This document shows, one piece after another, positions 56,459 to 64,000 of a stretch of DNA of 64,000 nt; position 1 is the stretch's first letter, and every line of letters begins with the position of its first letter. The notes below the pieces were generated by a model that saw only the letters and a list, made by a program, of their open reading frames with translations, ran no database searches and was not told the DNA's origin. The DNA comes from a phage, in assembly GCA_036252695.1 (NCBI GenBank), contig GCA_036252695.1_4122.1. The stretch is one strand, 5' to 3'. Both the position numbers and the translations under genes were made by a program.

Positions 56459-56712
56459 AACACTTGACGAACGATGAATATTCACTTAGAATTCGAAAGC
56501 TCACCCCAGAAGCAAGACTAATCTACGATGACGGTGAACTTTCATGGAACGAGATGAAAGTTAAAGTTCATGAGCTATGGTTGCTGTACTTTGTGGGAAC
56601 CCAATATCAAGAGAAATATTGTACCGATTATCTTGAACAACTAATGGATCTTATACAGATAAAACTAAATGAACGAATTGTGGAAAAATATGAAGACTTT
56701 ATCAAGCACTGA
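56455..56712 (+). CDS. Fam-L small protein
   Basis: coupled; VGTQYQEKY. Confidence 0.65.
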   Translation: MKHLTNDEYSLRIRKLTPEARLIYDDGELSWNEMKVKVHELWLLYFVGTQYQEKYCTDYLEQLMDLIQIKLNERIVEKYEDFIKH

Positions 56713-56941
56713 GTATCAGACTGCCCTCTTCTCTCTTCTTAACACCCTTAGAAAAAACTATGCATTACATGGTGCACCTGAATTGGATGTTATCAACGGT
56801 GATGTTTATCTTATGAAATTCATTGGAACAAACTATCAAGAACTGTTCACTCAACGATATATCTCTGCACTGAGAAACGAAATATCAGATAAAACCCGCC
56901 AAGCCCAAAGAGAATGGAAGAGACAATGCAACAAAGACTAA
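56690..56941 (+). CDS. Fam-L small protein
   Basis: Start at family-like MKTLSSTEYQ (alternative 56669); IGTNYQELF. Confidence 0.55.
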   Translation: MKTLSSTEYQTALFSLLNTLRKNYALHGAPELDVINGDVYLMKFIGTNYQELFTQRYISALRNEISDKTRQAQREWKRQCNKD

Positions 56942-57177
56942 ATCACAAAATGTATTTTAAACTATTACAGAATCTAGGACAAAAACACTATGATACAGTA
57001 TCTGAAATATTACCCTATGATATCATGCGTTTAATTCATAGTGAGGCAGAGATGCTTGTACTGATGACAGGCACTGATAAAACAGCAATTACCAAATCTA
57101 TAGATATGTTCATCGATGCACACTGCCAACACATTAGAACCGAGATATGGAGACGTGAGAATGAAAATCCTGACTGA
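56926..57177 (+). CDS. Fam-L-like small protein (divergent, MTGTDKT)
   Basis: Start uncertain (56914, 56926 or 56950). Confidence 0.5.
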   Translation: MQQRLNHKMYFKLLQNLGQKHYDTVSEILPYDIMRLIHSEAEMLVLMTGTDKTAITKSIDMFIDAHCQHIRTEIWRRENENPD

Positions 57178-57376
57178 GCATGAGTATTACAATAGGTTAA
57201 GAACTATACAAGGAAAAGTCTCGTGGACTTTTTTAGATAATTCTATTGCAGAAGCGGACCGATGTGTTATAATAGCTGAAATGAAGCTATTACTCTTCAT
57301 TGGGACAAACTATCAAAGTATCTACATAGACGCATGGTTAAGCAGCTTACGTCTGAAGTCGGTGAGTTTAAAATGA
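57161..57376 (+). CDS. Fam-L small protein
   Basis: Start at MKILTEHEYYNRL with SD ggaga; IGTNYQSIY. Confidence 0.6.
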   Translation: MKILTEHEYYNRLRTIQGKVSWTFLDNSIAEADRCVIIAEMKLLLFIGTNYQSIYIDAWLSSLRLKSVSLK

Positions 57377-57591
57377 GAAAATTAATAGGTTTCGAATATG
57401 TTAAGCTTCTACAAACCTGTGGAATCAGAAGGAGAATGATTCAAAAGGATAAAAGAATTGCCGAAGAACGAAAGTATATAATGATAACTGAACTTTATGT
57501 CTTAACACTCTTAGGCACAAACTATCAACACACTTATGTAGACCTATGGATCGATGCACTACAGAAAGAGGTTAAAAGTAAATGCAAATGA
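57373..57591 (+). CDS. Fam-L small protein
   Basis: ATGA-coupled; LGTNYQHTYV. Confidence 0.65.
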   Translation: MRKLIGFEYVKLLQTCGIRRRMIQKDKRIAEERKYIMITELYVLTLLGTNYQHTYVDLWIDALQKEVKSKCK

Positions 57592-57800
57592 TTAATTTAA
57601 GTAAAGACGAATTTTATGTTATACTGGCGAAAACTTATCCAGCACGTAAGGCCGTTTATGATAGTCACATTATTGAACCCTCAAAGAAGTTGATTTTAGT
57701 AAATGAGATAAAGATGCTTTCAGTCTTAGGAACAAACTATCAAGAGAATGCTGTACTGTTGTTAATTGATGCCCTCAAGAGAGAGATACAAAGTAAATGA
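57582..57800 (+). CDS. Fam-L small protein
   Basis: MQMINLSKDEF; LGTNYQENAV. Confidence 0.65.
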   Translation: MQMINLSKDEFYVILAKTYPARKAVYDSHIIEPSKKLILVNEIKMLSVLGTNYQENAVLLLIDALKREIQSK

Positions 57801-58021
57801 TTAATTTAACTTACCATGAATATCAAAAACGTTTAAATGCATCCAGAGATATAAGGATTCAAATATTCAATAACAAAAGATTGAAGCCTGATATCAGGAA
57901 AATCAAAATCATAGAAGCAGAGTTGTGCAACTTTCTAGGGACGAACTATCAGGCAGGTAAGGTAAAAAACTATCTTAAAGAACTCATGAATAGTATTGAA
58001 AATAAATGTAAGGGTAATTAA
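57797..58021 (+). CDS. Fam-L small protein
   Basis: coupled; LGTNYQAGKV. Confidence 0.65.
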   Translation: MINLTYHEYQKRLNASRDIRIQIFNNKRLKPDIRKIKIIEAELCNFLGTNYQAGKVKNYLKELMNSIENKCKGN

Positions 58022-58022
58022 C

Positions 58023-58289
58023 ATGAAAATGATCAATTTAAGTAAAGATGAATATAACGAGCGACGTGCAAAAATCTCAACTAAACGCACCGAAATCTAT
58101 TACAGCGAAGAAATCAAACACGACAAGAAGATGATTATGATACGTGAGTTGATAATGGGTGCTATGCTAGGAACTAACTATCAAGAACAAGAGGTACAAC
58201 TCGTATTAAATGAATTACTAATGGAAATCAGAGGTAAGCTGTACTTTCATCAAATGACCCGCCCACTAAGGTGTACTAGGAATGATTAA
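58023..58289 (+). CDS. Fam-L small protein
   Basis: Start at MKMINLSKDEY just after previous stop; LGTNYQEQEV. Confidence 0.6.
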   Translation: MKMINLSKDEYNERRAKISTKRTEIYYSEEIKHDKKMIMIRELIMGAMLGTNYQEQEVQLVLNELLMEIRGKLYFHQMTRPLRCTRND

Positions 58290-58497
58290 CATCACATTAC
58301 AAGAAAGGTTCATACGCATCAACTATGCAATTTCCAAATTAGATGCTACAATAGGATTTCAAAGTCTACCATACAAAACCAGATTGTTATTAGAGTGTGA
58401 AGCTAAGTTGGGTGTACTGTTAGGGACGCAACACCAACAACGATATGTGGAAATCTGGATTGACCTTTTAACCCAAAATATATATGAGAGAATGTAA
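58282..58497 (+). CDS. Fam-L small protein
   Basis: LGTQHQQRYV. Confidence 0.65.
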   Translation: MINITLQERFIRINYAISKLDATIGFQSLPYKTRLLLECEAKLGVLLGTQHQQRYVEIWIDLLTQNIYERM

Positions 58498-58728
58498 ATG
58501 CAAAATGAAATGATATACATAACGAATGAAGAATTTCAAGAGAAGATGTTAAAAACAAAAAACATTAATCTTAAGTTCGTTCCAAATCAATCAATATATG
58601 AAGTATCTGCAAATGTATTGTTTCAGAAGTTACCATACGTTCTTGGAACTGATAAACAAGAATTTATGGTTCAAAATATGATTGAACATCTTATGATGAG
58701 TATTAAGGAAAAAGTAAATGCAAAATGA
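58498..58728 (+). CDS. Fam-L small protein
   Basis: MQNEMIYITNEEF; LGTDKQEFMV. Confidence 0.65.
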   Translation: MQNEMIYITNEEFQEKMLKTKNINLKFVPNQSIYEVSANVLFQKLPYVLGTDKQEFMVQNMIEHLMMSIKEKVNAK

Positions 58729-58963
58729 AATGATATACTTAACATATAATGAATACGTCGAGAGATTAGTTAGTGCCAAGAGATATACAAATCAACTTCC
58801 TCACAACCCAAACCAAACCCCAGAGGAAAAGAATGCGGAAGCTCTATTCCAAGCACTACCATACCTTCTTGGAACTGATAGGCAGGAGTATCACGTTGAA
58901 CGTATAATTAAATCTCTTAAAATCACTATTAAGGAAAAGATACATGAAACACTTGACAGATGA
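58718..58963 (+). CDS. Fam-L small protein
   Basis: MQNEMIYLTYNEY (start identical to previous paralog); LGTDRQEYHV. Confidence 0.65.
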   Translation: MQNEMIYLTYNEYVERLVSAKRYTNQLPHNPNQTPEEKNAEALFQALPYLLGTDRQEYHVERIIKSLKITIKEKIHETLDR

Positions 58964-59174
58964 TGAACATGGGCTTATAGTAATGGATGTAATCAACATC
59001 GAATACAAAAAGTTGATACGCTATCGTTGTTATGAAGATAAGCAACTAGTTCTAGCAGAACAGAAGTTGTTTCGACTCTTAAACACAAACTACCAAGCAC
59101 AATACGAAGAATCGTATATGTACCTTTTGGCGAGGAAAGCAAAAAGAGATTATGAAAATTTTAAGCAAAGGTGA
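58944..59174 (+). CDS. Fam-L small protein
   Basis: LNTNYQAQY. Confidence 0.6.
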   Translation: MKHLTDDEHGLIVMDVINIEYKKLIRYRCYEDKQLVLAEQKLFRLLNTNYQAQYEESYMYLLARKAKRDYENFKQR

Positions 59175-59373
59175 TTCAGTAATATTACTTATAGAGAGTT
59201 CAAGTAAATTCTTAAACATAACACTGTCTGATATAGATGAAGATGATAAAGAAGTACTGAGAGCAGATTTAAGAGTACTGTTACATCTCGGAACAAACCT
59301 ACAAGAAGAATATGTAGAGTACTACATTGATGAACTTAAAGAATCAGTACTGAGAAGATGCAAATGCGAATGA
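59152..59373 (+). CDS. Fam-L small protein
   Basis: LGTNLQEEYV. Confidence 0.6.
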   Translation: MKILSKGDSVILLIESSSKFLNITLSDIDEDDKEVLRADLRVLLHLGTNLQEEYVEYYIDELKESVLRRCKCE

Positions 59374-59585
59374 TTACCGACGAAGAATACCTAACAATTA
59401 TAAATGGATTGTTTTTGAAGTTGTTTGTTATTAACACATCAGATATACCAGATATGGATAAAATTATTAAGAGAAATGAAATCTATGTTCAAGCTACACT
59501 AGGGACTAACTATCAAGAATGCAATATTAATGATTATATTAATACACTTAAACGAGCGATTGAACTAAAATGCCAAAACCACTAG
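59358..59585 (+). CDS. Fam-L small protein
   Basis: LGTNYQECNI. Confidence 0.65.
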   Translation: MQMRMITDEEYLTIINGLFLKLFVINTSDIPDMDKIIKRNEIYVQATLGTNYQECNINDYINTLKRAIELKCQNH

Positions 59586-59785
59586 GAACAGCAGAATACA
59601 TTGAACTCATGGGATTACACTTCTCATCCTTTCAGAAACTTATGCGAGAATCAAAGAATGATTTAGAATATACCATCAGAGGTTCAGAATTAAGAATGCT
59701 TCTCACCCTAGACACAGATTCCCAAGAGAGATTTGTCAATGAGCATATTAGAGCACTTTTAATGGAAATTCAAAGTAAACTATGA
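59570..59785 (+). CDS. Fam-L small protein
   Basis: LDTDSQERFV. Confidence 0.6.
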   Translation: MPKPLGTAEYIELMGLHFSSFQKLMRESKNDLEYTIRGSELRMLLTLDTDSQERFVNEHIRALLMEIQSKL

Positions 59786-59997
59786 AGATAATATCAAATC
59801 AAGAGTACTTGGCACTATTCAGGAAGAATAATCACAAATATATGGCACTTGATTCAAGAACTGATATAAGTGAACTTGAAAAAAATCTTTTGCGTTCAGA
59901 GATGATAGTACTGACACTCTTAGGAACACAGCATCAAGAAAGAACTGTTAATTCACACATAGAAATACTTAAGAAGCTTATACAGGAAAAGTTATGA
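59782..59997 (+). CDS. Fam-L small protein
   Basis: LGTQHQERTV. Confidence 0.65.
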   Translation: MKIISNQEYLALFRKNNHKYMALDSRTDISELEKNLLRSEMIVLTLLGTQHQERTVNSHIEILKKLIQEKL

Positions 59998-60215
59998 GAA
60001 TCATAACACAACAAGATATGTTTAAGTTCACAAGGGATTATGCATCTGAATTTGATGCTATATTATCAAAAAGTTACAACAACCCTTATACAGAAGATGT
60101 ACACTACAATGAATTATGGGTGTATATACTTTTAGGTACAGATCATCAAGAGCAAGCCGTACAGAGGTATTTGAGTGCTTTAAGTACTGCTACTGCTAAT
60201 GGAGTATGTGTTTAA
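59994..60215 (+). CDS. Fam-L small protein
   Basis: LGTDHQEQAV. Confidence 0.65.
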   Translation: MRIITQQDMFKFTRDYASEFDAILSKSYNNPYTEDVHYNELWVYILLGTDHQEQAVQRYLSALSTATANGVCV

Positions 60216-60216
60216 T

Positions 60217-60459
60217 ATGAAAGTACTGACAGAATTAGAAATGTATCATAGATTTAATAAGTACTATCATTTACTTAAACCTATACAGAGGATTAAGTGT
60301 CCCTTTGTAGTGAAACAGGTATTAATTTATGAGCATAAGTTATTTGTATCATTAGGTACGAATGAACAAGATTATTATTTGAAGTTGTACTTAATTACTT
60401 TAATTGAATTGATTAATTCCAAAACTCAGAAAGCGAAGAAATATAAAAATGAAAACTAA
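60217..60459 (+). CDS. Fam-L small protein
   Basis: Start at MKVLTELEMY after previous stop; LGTNEQDYYL. Confidence 0.6.
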   Translation: MKVLTELEMYHRFNKYYHLLKPIQRIKCPFVVKQVLIYEHKLFVSLGTNEQDYYLKLYLITLIELINSKTQKAKKYKNEN

Positions 60460-60790
60460 AATTCAACTCAGGGTATACATATCGTATGAAAATATATACG
60501 TTAAAAGTAGTCTATGTAAAGATGTAATGGACTACAAAGGTAAACCATTCACAGTTACTTACAGTTTAACAGGAGGTTTATATATCTCTTTTGCTAATTA
60601 CGAAAATAATATGTACGAACACATTGACATTGAAGATTTAAGTACTTTATCACCAGAGGAATACTTCCAGGAATCATTAGTATGGGATTTAGAGTTCCCT
60701 ATGCCATTAGTACATAAGATGATAGTACTAATGAAAGAATCTAAACAGGAGCCTAATGGTGATTATGAAGAACACATTATTGAGTATTAA
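60449..60790 (+). CDS. Fam-F hypothetical protein (PEEYFQESLVWD motif)
   Basis: 113-aa ORF overlapping previous gene end. Confidence 0.55.
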   Translation: MKTKIQLRVYISYENIYVKSSLCKDVMDYKGKPFTVTYSLTGGLYISFANYENNMYEHIDIEDLSTLSPEEYFQESLVWDLEFPMPLVHKMIVLMKESKQEPNGDYEEHIIEY

Positions 60791-60880
60791 GAGTTCTGAT
60801 AGTACTGAGAGTACAAATGTTCTTGACAGTACTTTTCATTACTGATATAGTGCACCAACGTTAATCATAGGGTACAGATT

Positions 60881-61126
60881 ATGTTGAATTTTTTAAATTT
60901 CCTTATCGTCTTGTGTATTGTTCTTGGGATTGCACCATTTGTATTGTATTTCATGGATTCAGATGAAATGCAGAAGATGAATTGCACAAGGACAGGACAG
61001 AGTAGAGTAGAGACGATTCTTATGCCTGTTACGGTTATTGTTAACAACATGCCAATTACGAACATGGTCCCTACCCTAACGACAACGTACCAGTACTCTT
61101 GTACAGACGGAGTGAGGTGGAGATAA
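60881..61126 (+). CDS. hypothetical protein with N-terminal TM segment
   Basis: TTGACA..TATAGT promoter-like upstream; weak SD. Confidence 0.4.
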   Translation: MLNFLNFLIVLCIVLGIAPFVLYFMDSDEMQKMNCTRTGQSRVETILMPVTVIVNNMPITNMVPTLTTTYQYSCTDGVRWR

Positions 61127-61449
61127 TGCGTAAATTCAATTGTATTGTACGTAAGAATTCATGTTACATTGTAGTAGCTGATTTTAATACGGGTTCTGGG
61201 TTGAAGATATTTGAGTACAGAAAATGTAATAATTCTTTTCATTGGAAATTAGGTGCAAGAAAAACAAATACAATTTCAGTACCGAATTTATGTTCTATCT
61301 CTGAAGAAGAAGAGTTTCAGTACATGTTAGTACACGATGATTCTTTAGGTTTTACATTAGAAGATATGAAGAAAGTGCAACAGCAGATGATTGCACATTG
61401 TCATCTTCCAAAGAATTTTGTTCAACACGTATGTGAATTCCACATATAA
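61126..61449 (+). CDS. Fam-F hypothetical protein (EEEFQYMLVHDD motif)
   Basis: Start at MRKFNCIV (TAATG-coupled); track ORF 61099 is an extension. Confidence 0.55.
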   Translation: MRKFNCIVRKNSCYIVVADFNTGSGLKIFEYRKCNNSFHWKLGARKTNTISVPNLCSISEEEEFQYMLVHDDSLGFTLEDMKKVQQQMIAHCHLPKNFVQHVCEFHI

Positions 61450-61557
61450 GAGAAGAATATGAAATTTAATATTCACAGAATGAAGATCAATGTTGACACT
61501 CCATTTGAATAGTGTTAACATGTTTACCTATTCAATTTTAAGATAAGGTACAATGAT

Positions 61558-62367
61558 ATGAAATTTTTAACAGAATCTGAAGCAACCAATTTGATTATGA
61601 AAAAATTTAGTTCTGGTGATTTAAAGAAATCAGCATCTTACAAAGGTTCAGTTGCCTTGAGTTTATATCTTGGTACAAATTATCAGGAAGCAGCACAAGA
61701 GCAATATATTAATGCATTAAAGGAAGAGATTCGAGAAAAAATTAAAATTAATAAAGATTGCAGTACTGATTTTTCAATTGAAAAGTTATTGAATATGTTT
61801 GTCAATACAACAGAGACACCAAGAAAAGAAGATGTTGGTTTAGGTCATGTAAGTGATTTTATGTACGCAGCATATGAATCTTTAGTACAGACTGGGATTG
61901 CTAAATCTGTAATTGAAGTGCATCGTAAATTTGAAGAAGGTGATGAAATTAGACAATTAGTTAAAGATAAAGAAAATAAGATTGGTCGTTTATTTGTTAT
62001 TAAGGACAATGATAGTTCTTCATATATTTTGATTAATACAGATAAGACATTCAATTATTACAAGGATTTACATTATTATATGATTACCAATTACGGAATA
62101 TCCTATTTAAGAAGTAATTGGGAAGTTGAATATGTATTTTATTTTAACAAACATTCGCATGGTTCAACAAGAACAAAAGATTTATATGAGCAAGCATTAA
62201 TGATTGCTACGCCTAATGAAAATGGCATTTTCAGTAAAGATTACGATAAGGTATTGGAACGTTTAAAACACAGAGCTTCGTGCGGGACAATGCCGTGTGA
62301 TTATAGTATTACACAATACAATAAAAATTATCATTGTGGTGTTTTTAAGGAACAATATAAATCATGA
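61558..62367 (+). CDS. Fam-L domain fused to ~200-aa C-terminal extension
   Basis: N-terminal 70 aa carry LGTNYQEAAQEQYINALKEEI; long unique C-terminal part. Confidence 0.7.
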   Translation: MKFLTESEATNLIMKKFSSGDLKKSASYKGSVALSLYLGTNYQEAAQEQYINALKEEIREKIKINKDCSTDFSIEKLLNMFVNTTETPRKEDVGLGHVSDFMYAAYESLVQTGIAKSVIEVHRKFEEGDEIRQLVKDKENKIGRLFVIKDNDSSSYILINTDKTFNYYKDLHYYMITNYGISYLRSNWEVEYVFYFNKHSHGSTRTKDLYEQALMIATPNENGIFSKDYDKVLERLKHRASCGTMPCDYSITQYNKNYHCGVFKEQYKS

Positions 62368-62684
62368 AATTTAATATAGCAAAAACATCTAATGTATGTA
62401 TATTTGGTTATGCTGATGAGTTAGGTGATCTTGACATTCTATTGTACAAAAAGGATGGTGTTATGCATTTCAAGTACCAGGATGAAGAGGCAGACAATTA
62501 TCCTTTACCTAATTTAGTACAAATGCAGGAAGATGAATTATTCCAGTACAGCTTAGTATATGACATTGATATTTGCACGATGCCAGTACTAATTAATATT
62601 CAAAAAGTGATGCTCGATGTGTTTGATAGGCTAATACAAGGCACACAAGGAAGAACCATATATGTCAATGTACAAGACAATTAA
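62364..62684 (+). CDS. Fam-F hypothetical protein (EDELFQYSLVYD motif)
   Basis: ATGA-coupled 106-aa ORF. Confidence 0.6.
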   Translation: MKFNIAKTSNVCIFGYADELGDLDILLYKKDGVMHFKYQDEEADNYPLPNLVQMQEDELFQYSLVYDIDICTMPVLINIQKVMLDVFDRLIQGTQGRTIYVNVQDN

Positions 62685-62877
62685 TCAAGAATGGAAGACC
62701 CAAAAGTACAGGGAATTCAGTACTAGTTTAACAAAAGATGCATTGAATTTAAAAAGAACAGAGTTTGATATGTTTATTTTTCTTGGAACACGTTCACAGG
62801 AACAATACATTCATTATTATATAAGTTCATTGCGAACGGAGATCGTATGCAAAACACAGGGTATTATAAAAAAGTAA
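62662..62877 (+). CDS. Fam-L-like small protein (LGTRSQEQYI)
   Basis: Divergent family member; start may be 62668. Confidence 0.5.
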   Translation: MSMYKTINQEWKTQKYREFSTSLTKDALNLKRTEFDMFIFLGTRSQEQYIHYYISSLRTEIVCKTQGIIKK

Positions 62878-63113
62878 ACCAATATTTGTACGCTACAAAG
62901 TACAGGGATTTTTGTTTAAAGGGTGGTGATGAAGATTTTTCTTTGCGATTATCAGAATTTAATCTGTTATTTTATCTTGGTACATCGGAACAAGAAGAAA
63001 TGGCACAGAAATTTATCAAGCACCTTGAACAAAAAATTCATATGCAAATTTTGATGCTTAAGGTACATAATGAGATAAACAAATATGAACCCAACAATAG
63101 TACAGGATCTTAA
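62847..63113 (+). CDS. Fam-L-like small protein (LGTSEQEEMA)
   Basis: Divergent family member; start uncertain. Confidence 0.5.
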   Translation: MQNTGYYKKVNQYLYATKYRDFCLKGGDEDFSLRLSEFNLLFYLGTSEQEEMAQKFIKHLEQKIHMQILMLKVHNEINKYEPNNSTGS

Positions 63114-63471
63114 ACAAGTAATATTCCTTTTGAATACAAGAAGTGAAATGTATACAGAGTTTAAAGAGATTAATGCATTTTATCAGAATTTTGTAATTCA
63201 AGAGTTCAGTGATTTAATTACAGATGCATTATTTGAATTATCGGAAAAATACAAAGGATCAGAGTTCAGTGTTAAGAATGTTATTCGTCCAATTACAAGG
63301 AAAATTATATTATCACATTTTACATTTGACAATAAAGATTTATTCAGTCATAATCCAAGTACAGCTTTATATTTTATTCCTGATTCAGACAAAAATCATC
63401 CTATTCATTACGGATGGATTTTGTCGTACATAGTACAAGGAAAGGAGTATCCTATTAAATGGAACGATTAG
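63085..63471 (+). CDS. hypothetical protein (128 aa)
   Basis: ORF in series with the array. Confidence 0.5.
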   Translation: MNPTIVQDLKQVIFLLNTRSEMYTEFKEINAFYQNFVIQEFSDLITDALFELSEKYKGSEFSVKNVIRPITRKIILSHFTFDNKDLFSHNPSTALYFIPDSDKNHPIHYGWILSYIVQGKEYPIKWND

Positions 63472-63619
63472 GGCGATTAGATTATTACACAATTAATACA
63501 AATTATTTGTTGCGTAATATAAAATCCGATTACAAAATATGGATAAAGAACAGAGATAGTATGTGTTATGAATTTTATTTAGATTATGCCATCAAACGCT
63601 TTTTAAGAGAAGAACATTA

Positions 63620-63811
63620 ATGCACACACCGCACAAAGAGCACAAAAATACAAAAACGATAAATGTTTTAAATGATTCTTTATTGGTGAGTATAAATTTA
63701 TATTATAAAATTCATTTAAATGGTGGTATTGAAAATTTTAGTTATTATTTGAGTACAATATCGCAAGAGCATTTAATATACCAAGATCATTTATTGCACC
63801 CGAATCCATAA
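63620..63811 (+). CDS. hypothetical small protein
   Basis: 63-aa ORF; weak signals. Confidence 0.35.
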   Translation: MHTPHKEHKNTKTINVLNDSLLVSINLYYKIHLNGGIENFSYYLSTISQEHLIYQDHLLHPNP

Positions 63812-63819
63812 GGCGAATT

Positions 63820-64000
63820 ATGAATGAGATAGAATTATTAGCACACAAGATTAGTACAATAATGCTTATCCTAAATAACAACCATCCTATATCGCAGATA
63901 GATGGAATCCTGAGTCAGAGGACAGGTGGTAGTTTATATTTGACATTAACAGAGGTTATCGCAAGGAATTACATTGATATTGAAATCGAGAACAGTGATG
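63820..64000 (+). CDS. hypothetical protein, N-terminal fragment (continues beyond window)
   Basis: Open frame from ATG 63820 to window end; SD-like aaggcg. Confidence 0.35.
   Translation, partial: MNEIELLAHKISTIMLILNNNHPISQIDGILSQRTGGSLYLTLTEVIARNYIDIEIENSD

Noticed and set aside
28241-60459. CRISPR array as an explanation for the regular ~190-220-bp periodic repeats
   Set aside because: The periodic units are protein-coding paralogs with start/stop codons and SD sites, not short identical direct repeats separated by unique spacers.
28902-62054. Minus-strand ORFs in plus-strand regions (28902..29093, 30516..30770, 35420..35707, 36025..36276, 38297..38482, 40107..40307, 40183..40470, 41226..41561, 43142..43381, 43263..43526, 45823..46116, 46194..46382, 46726..46914, 48494..48763, 49242..49439, 49600..49782, 53402..53596, 53815..54099, 55162..55374, 55946..56143, 60865..61065, 61845..62054)
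   Set aside because: Antisense to better-supported plus-strand genes that have promoters and SD sites; none has convincing signals.
51268-63433. Alternate-frame ORFs 51268..51456 and 63224..63433
   Set aside because: Overlap same-strand genes with better start context; likely frame artefacts of AT-rich sequence.
1-64000. Prophage or integrative element markers (integrase, attachment sites, transposase)
   Set aside because: None seen; compact arrays and strong lytic-type promoters fit a virulent phage genome segment rather than an integrated island.

Overview
The window reads as a gene-dense, AT-rich segment of a large virulent bacteriophage-like genome (specific phage not recognised). Evidence: sigma70-type promoters (TTGACA/TTGCAA-N16-18-TATAAT), Shine-Dalgarno sites, intrinsic terminators, translationally coupled ATGA/TAATG gene junctions. 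I found no rRNA, tRNA, CRISPR array, integrase or IS element. Layout: (i) 1-5365, plus strand: two paralogous Cys-rich proteins, a P-loop NTPase and seven tandem small multi-TM membrane proteins. (ii) 5402-28138, minus strand: 19 paralogous genes ('Fam-P') that all begin with the same 12-aa N-terminus MLPF[AV]RM[VF][KD]YGN fused to variable RCC1-like or Kelch-like beta-propeller or Gly-rich bodies, most with their own conserved promoter/SD/terminator module. (iii) 28241-33232, plus strand: about 22 tandem 59-75-aa genes ('EYY' families A and B). (iv) 33240-35200: ORF-free repeat-rich region with iteron-like direct repeats. (v) 35272-54594: about 55 small early-type genes, most behind a strong promoter plus a conserved 5' leader hairpin (GGGGAA..TTCCCC); includes TraR/DksA-like, GNAT-like and protein-kinase-like products. 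(vi) 54844-63113: about 30 tandem ~70-aa genes sharing an LGTNYQ motif ('Fam-L'), interspersed with an EExFQYSLV-motif family ('Fam-F'). The palindrome AGTACT is strongly over-represented and embedded in promoters and terminators. All functional assignments are motif-based inference; no database search was possible.
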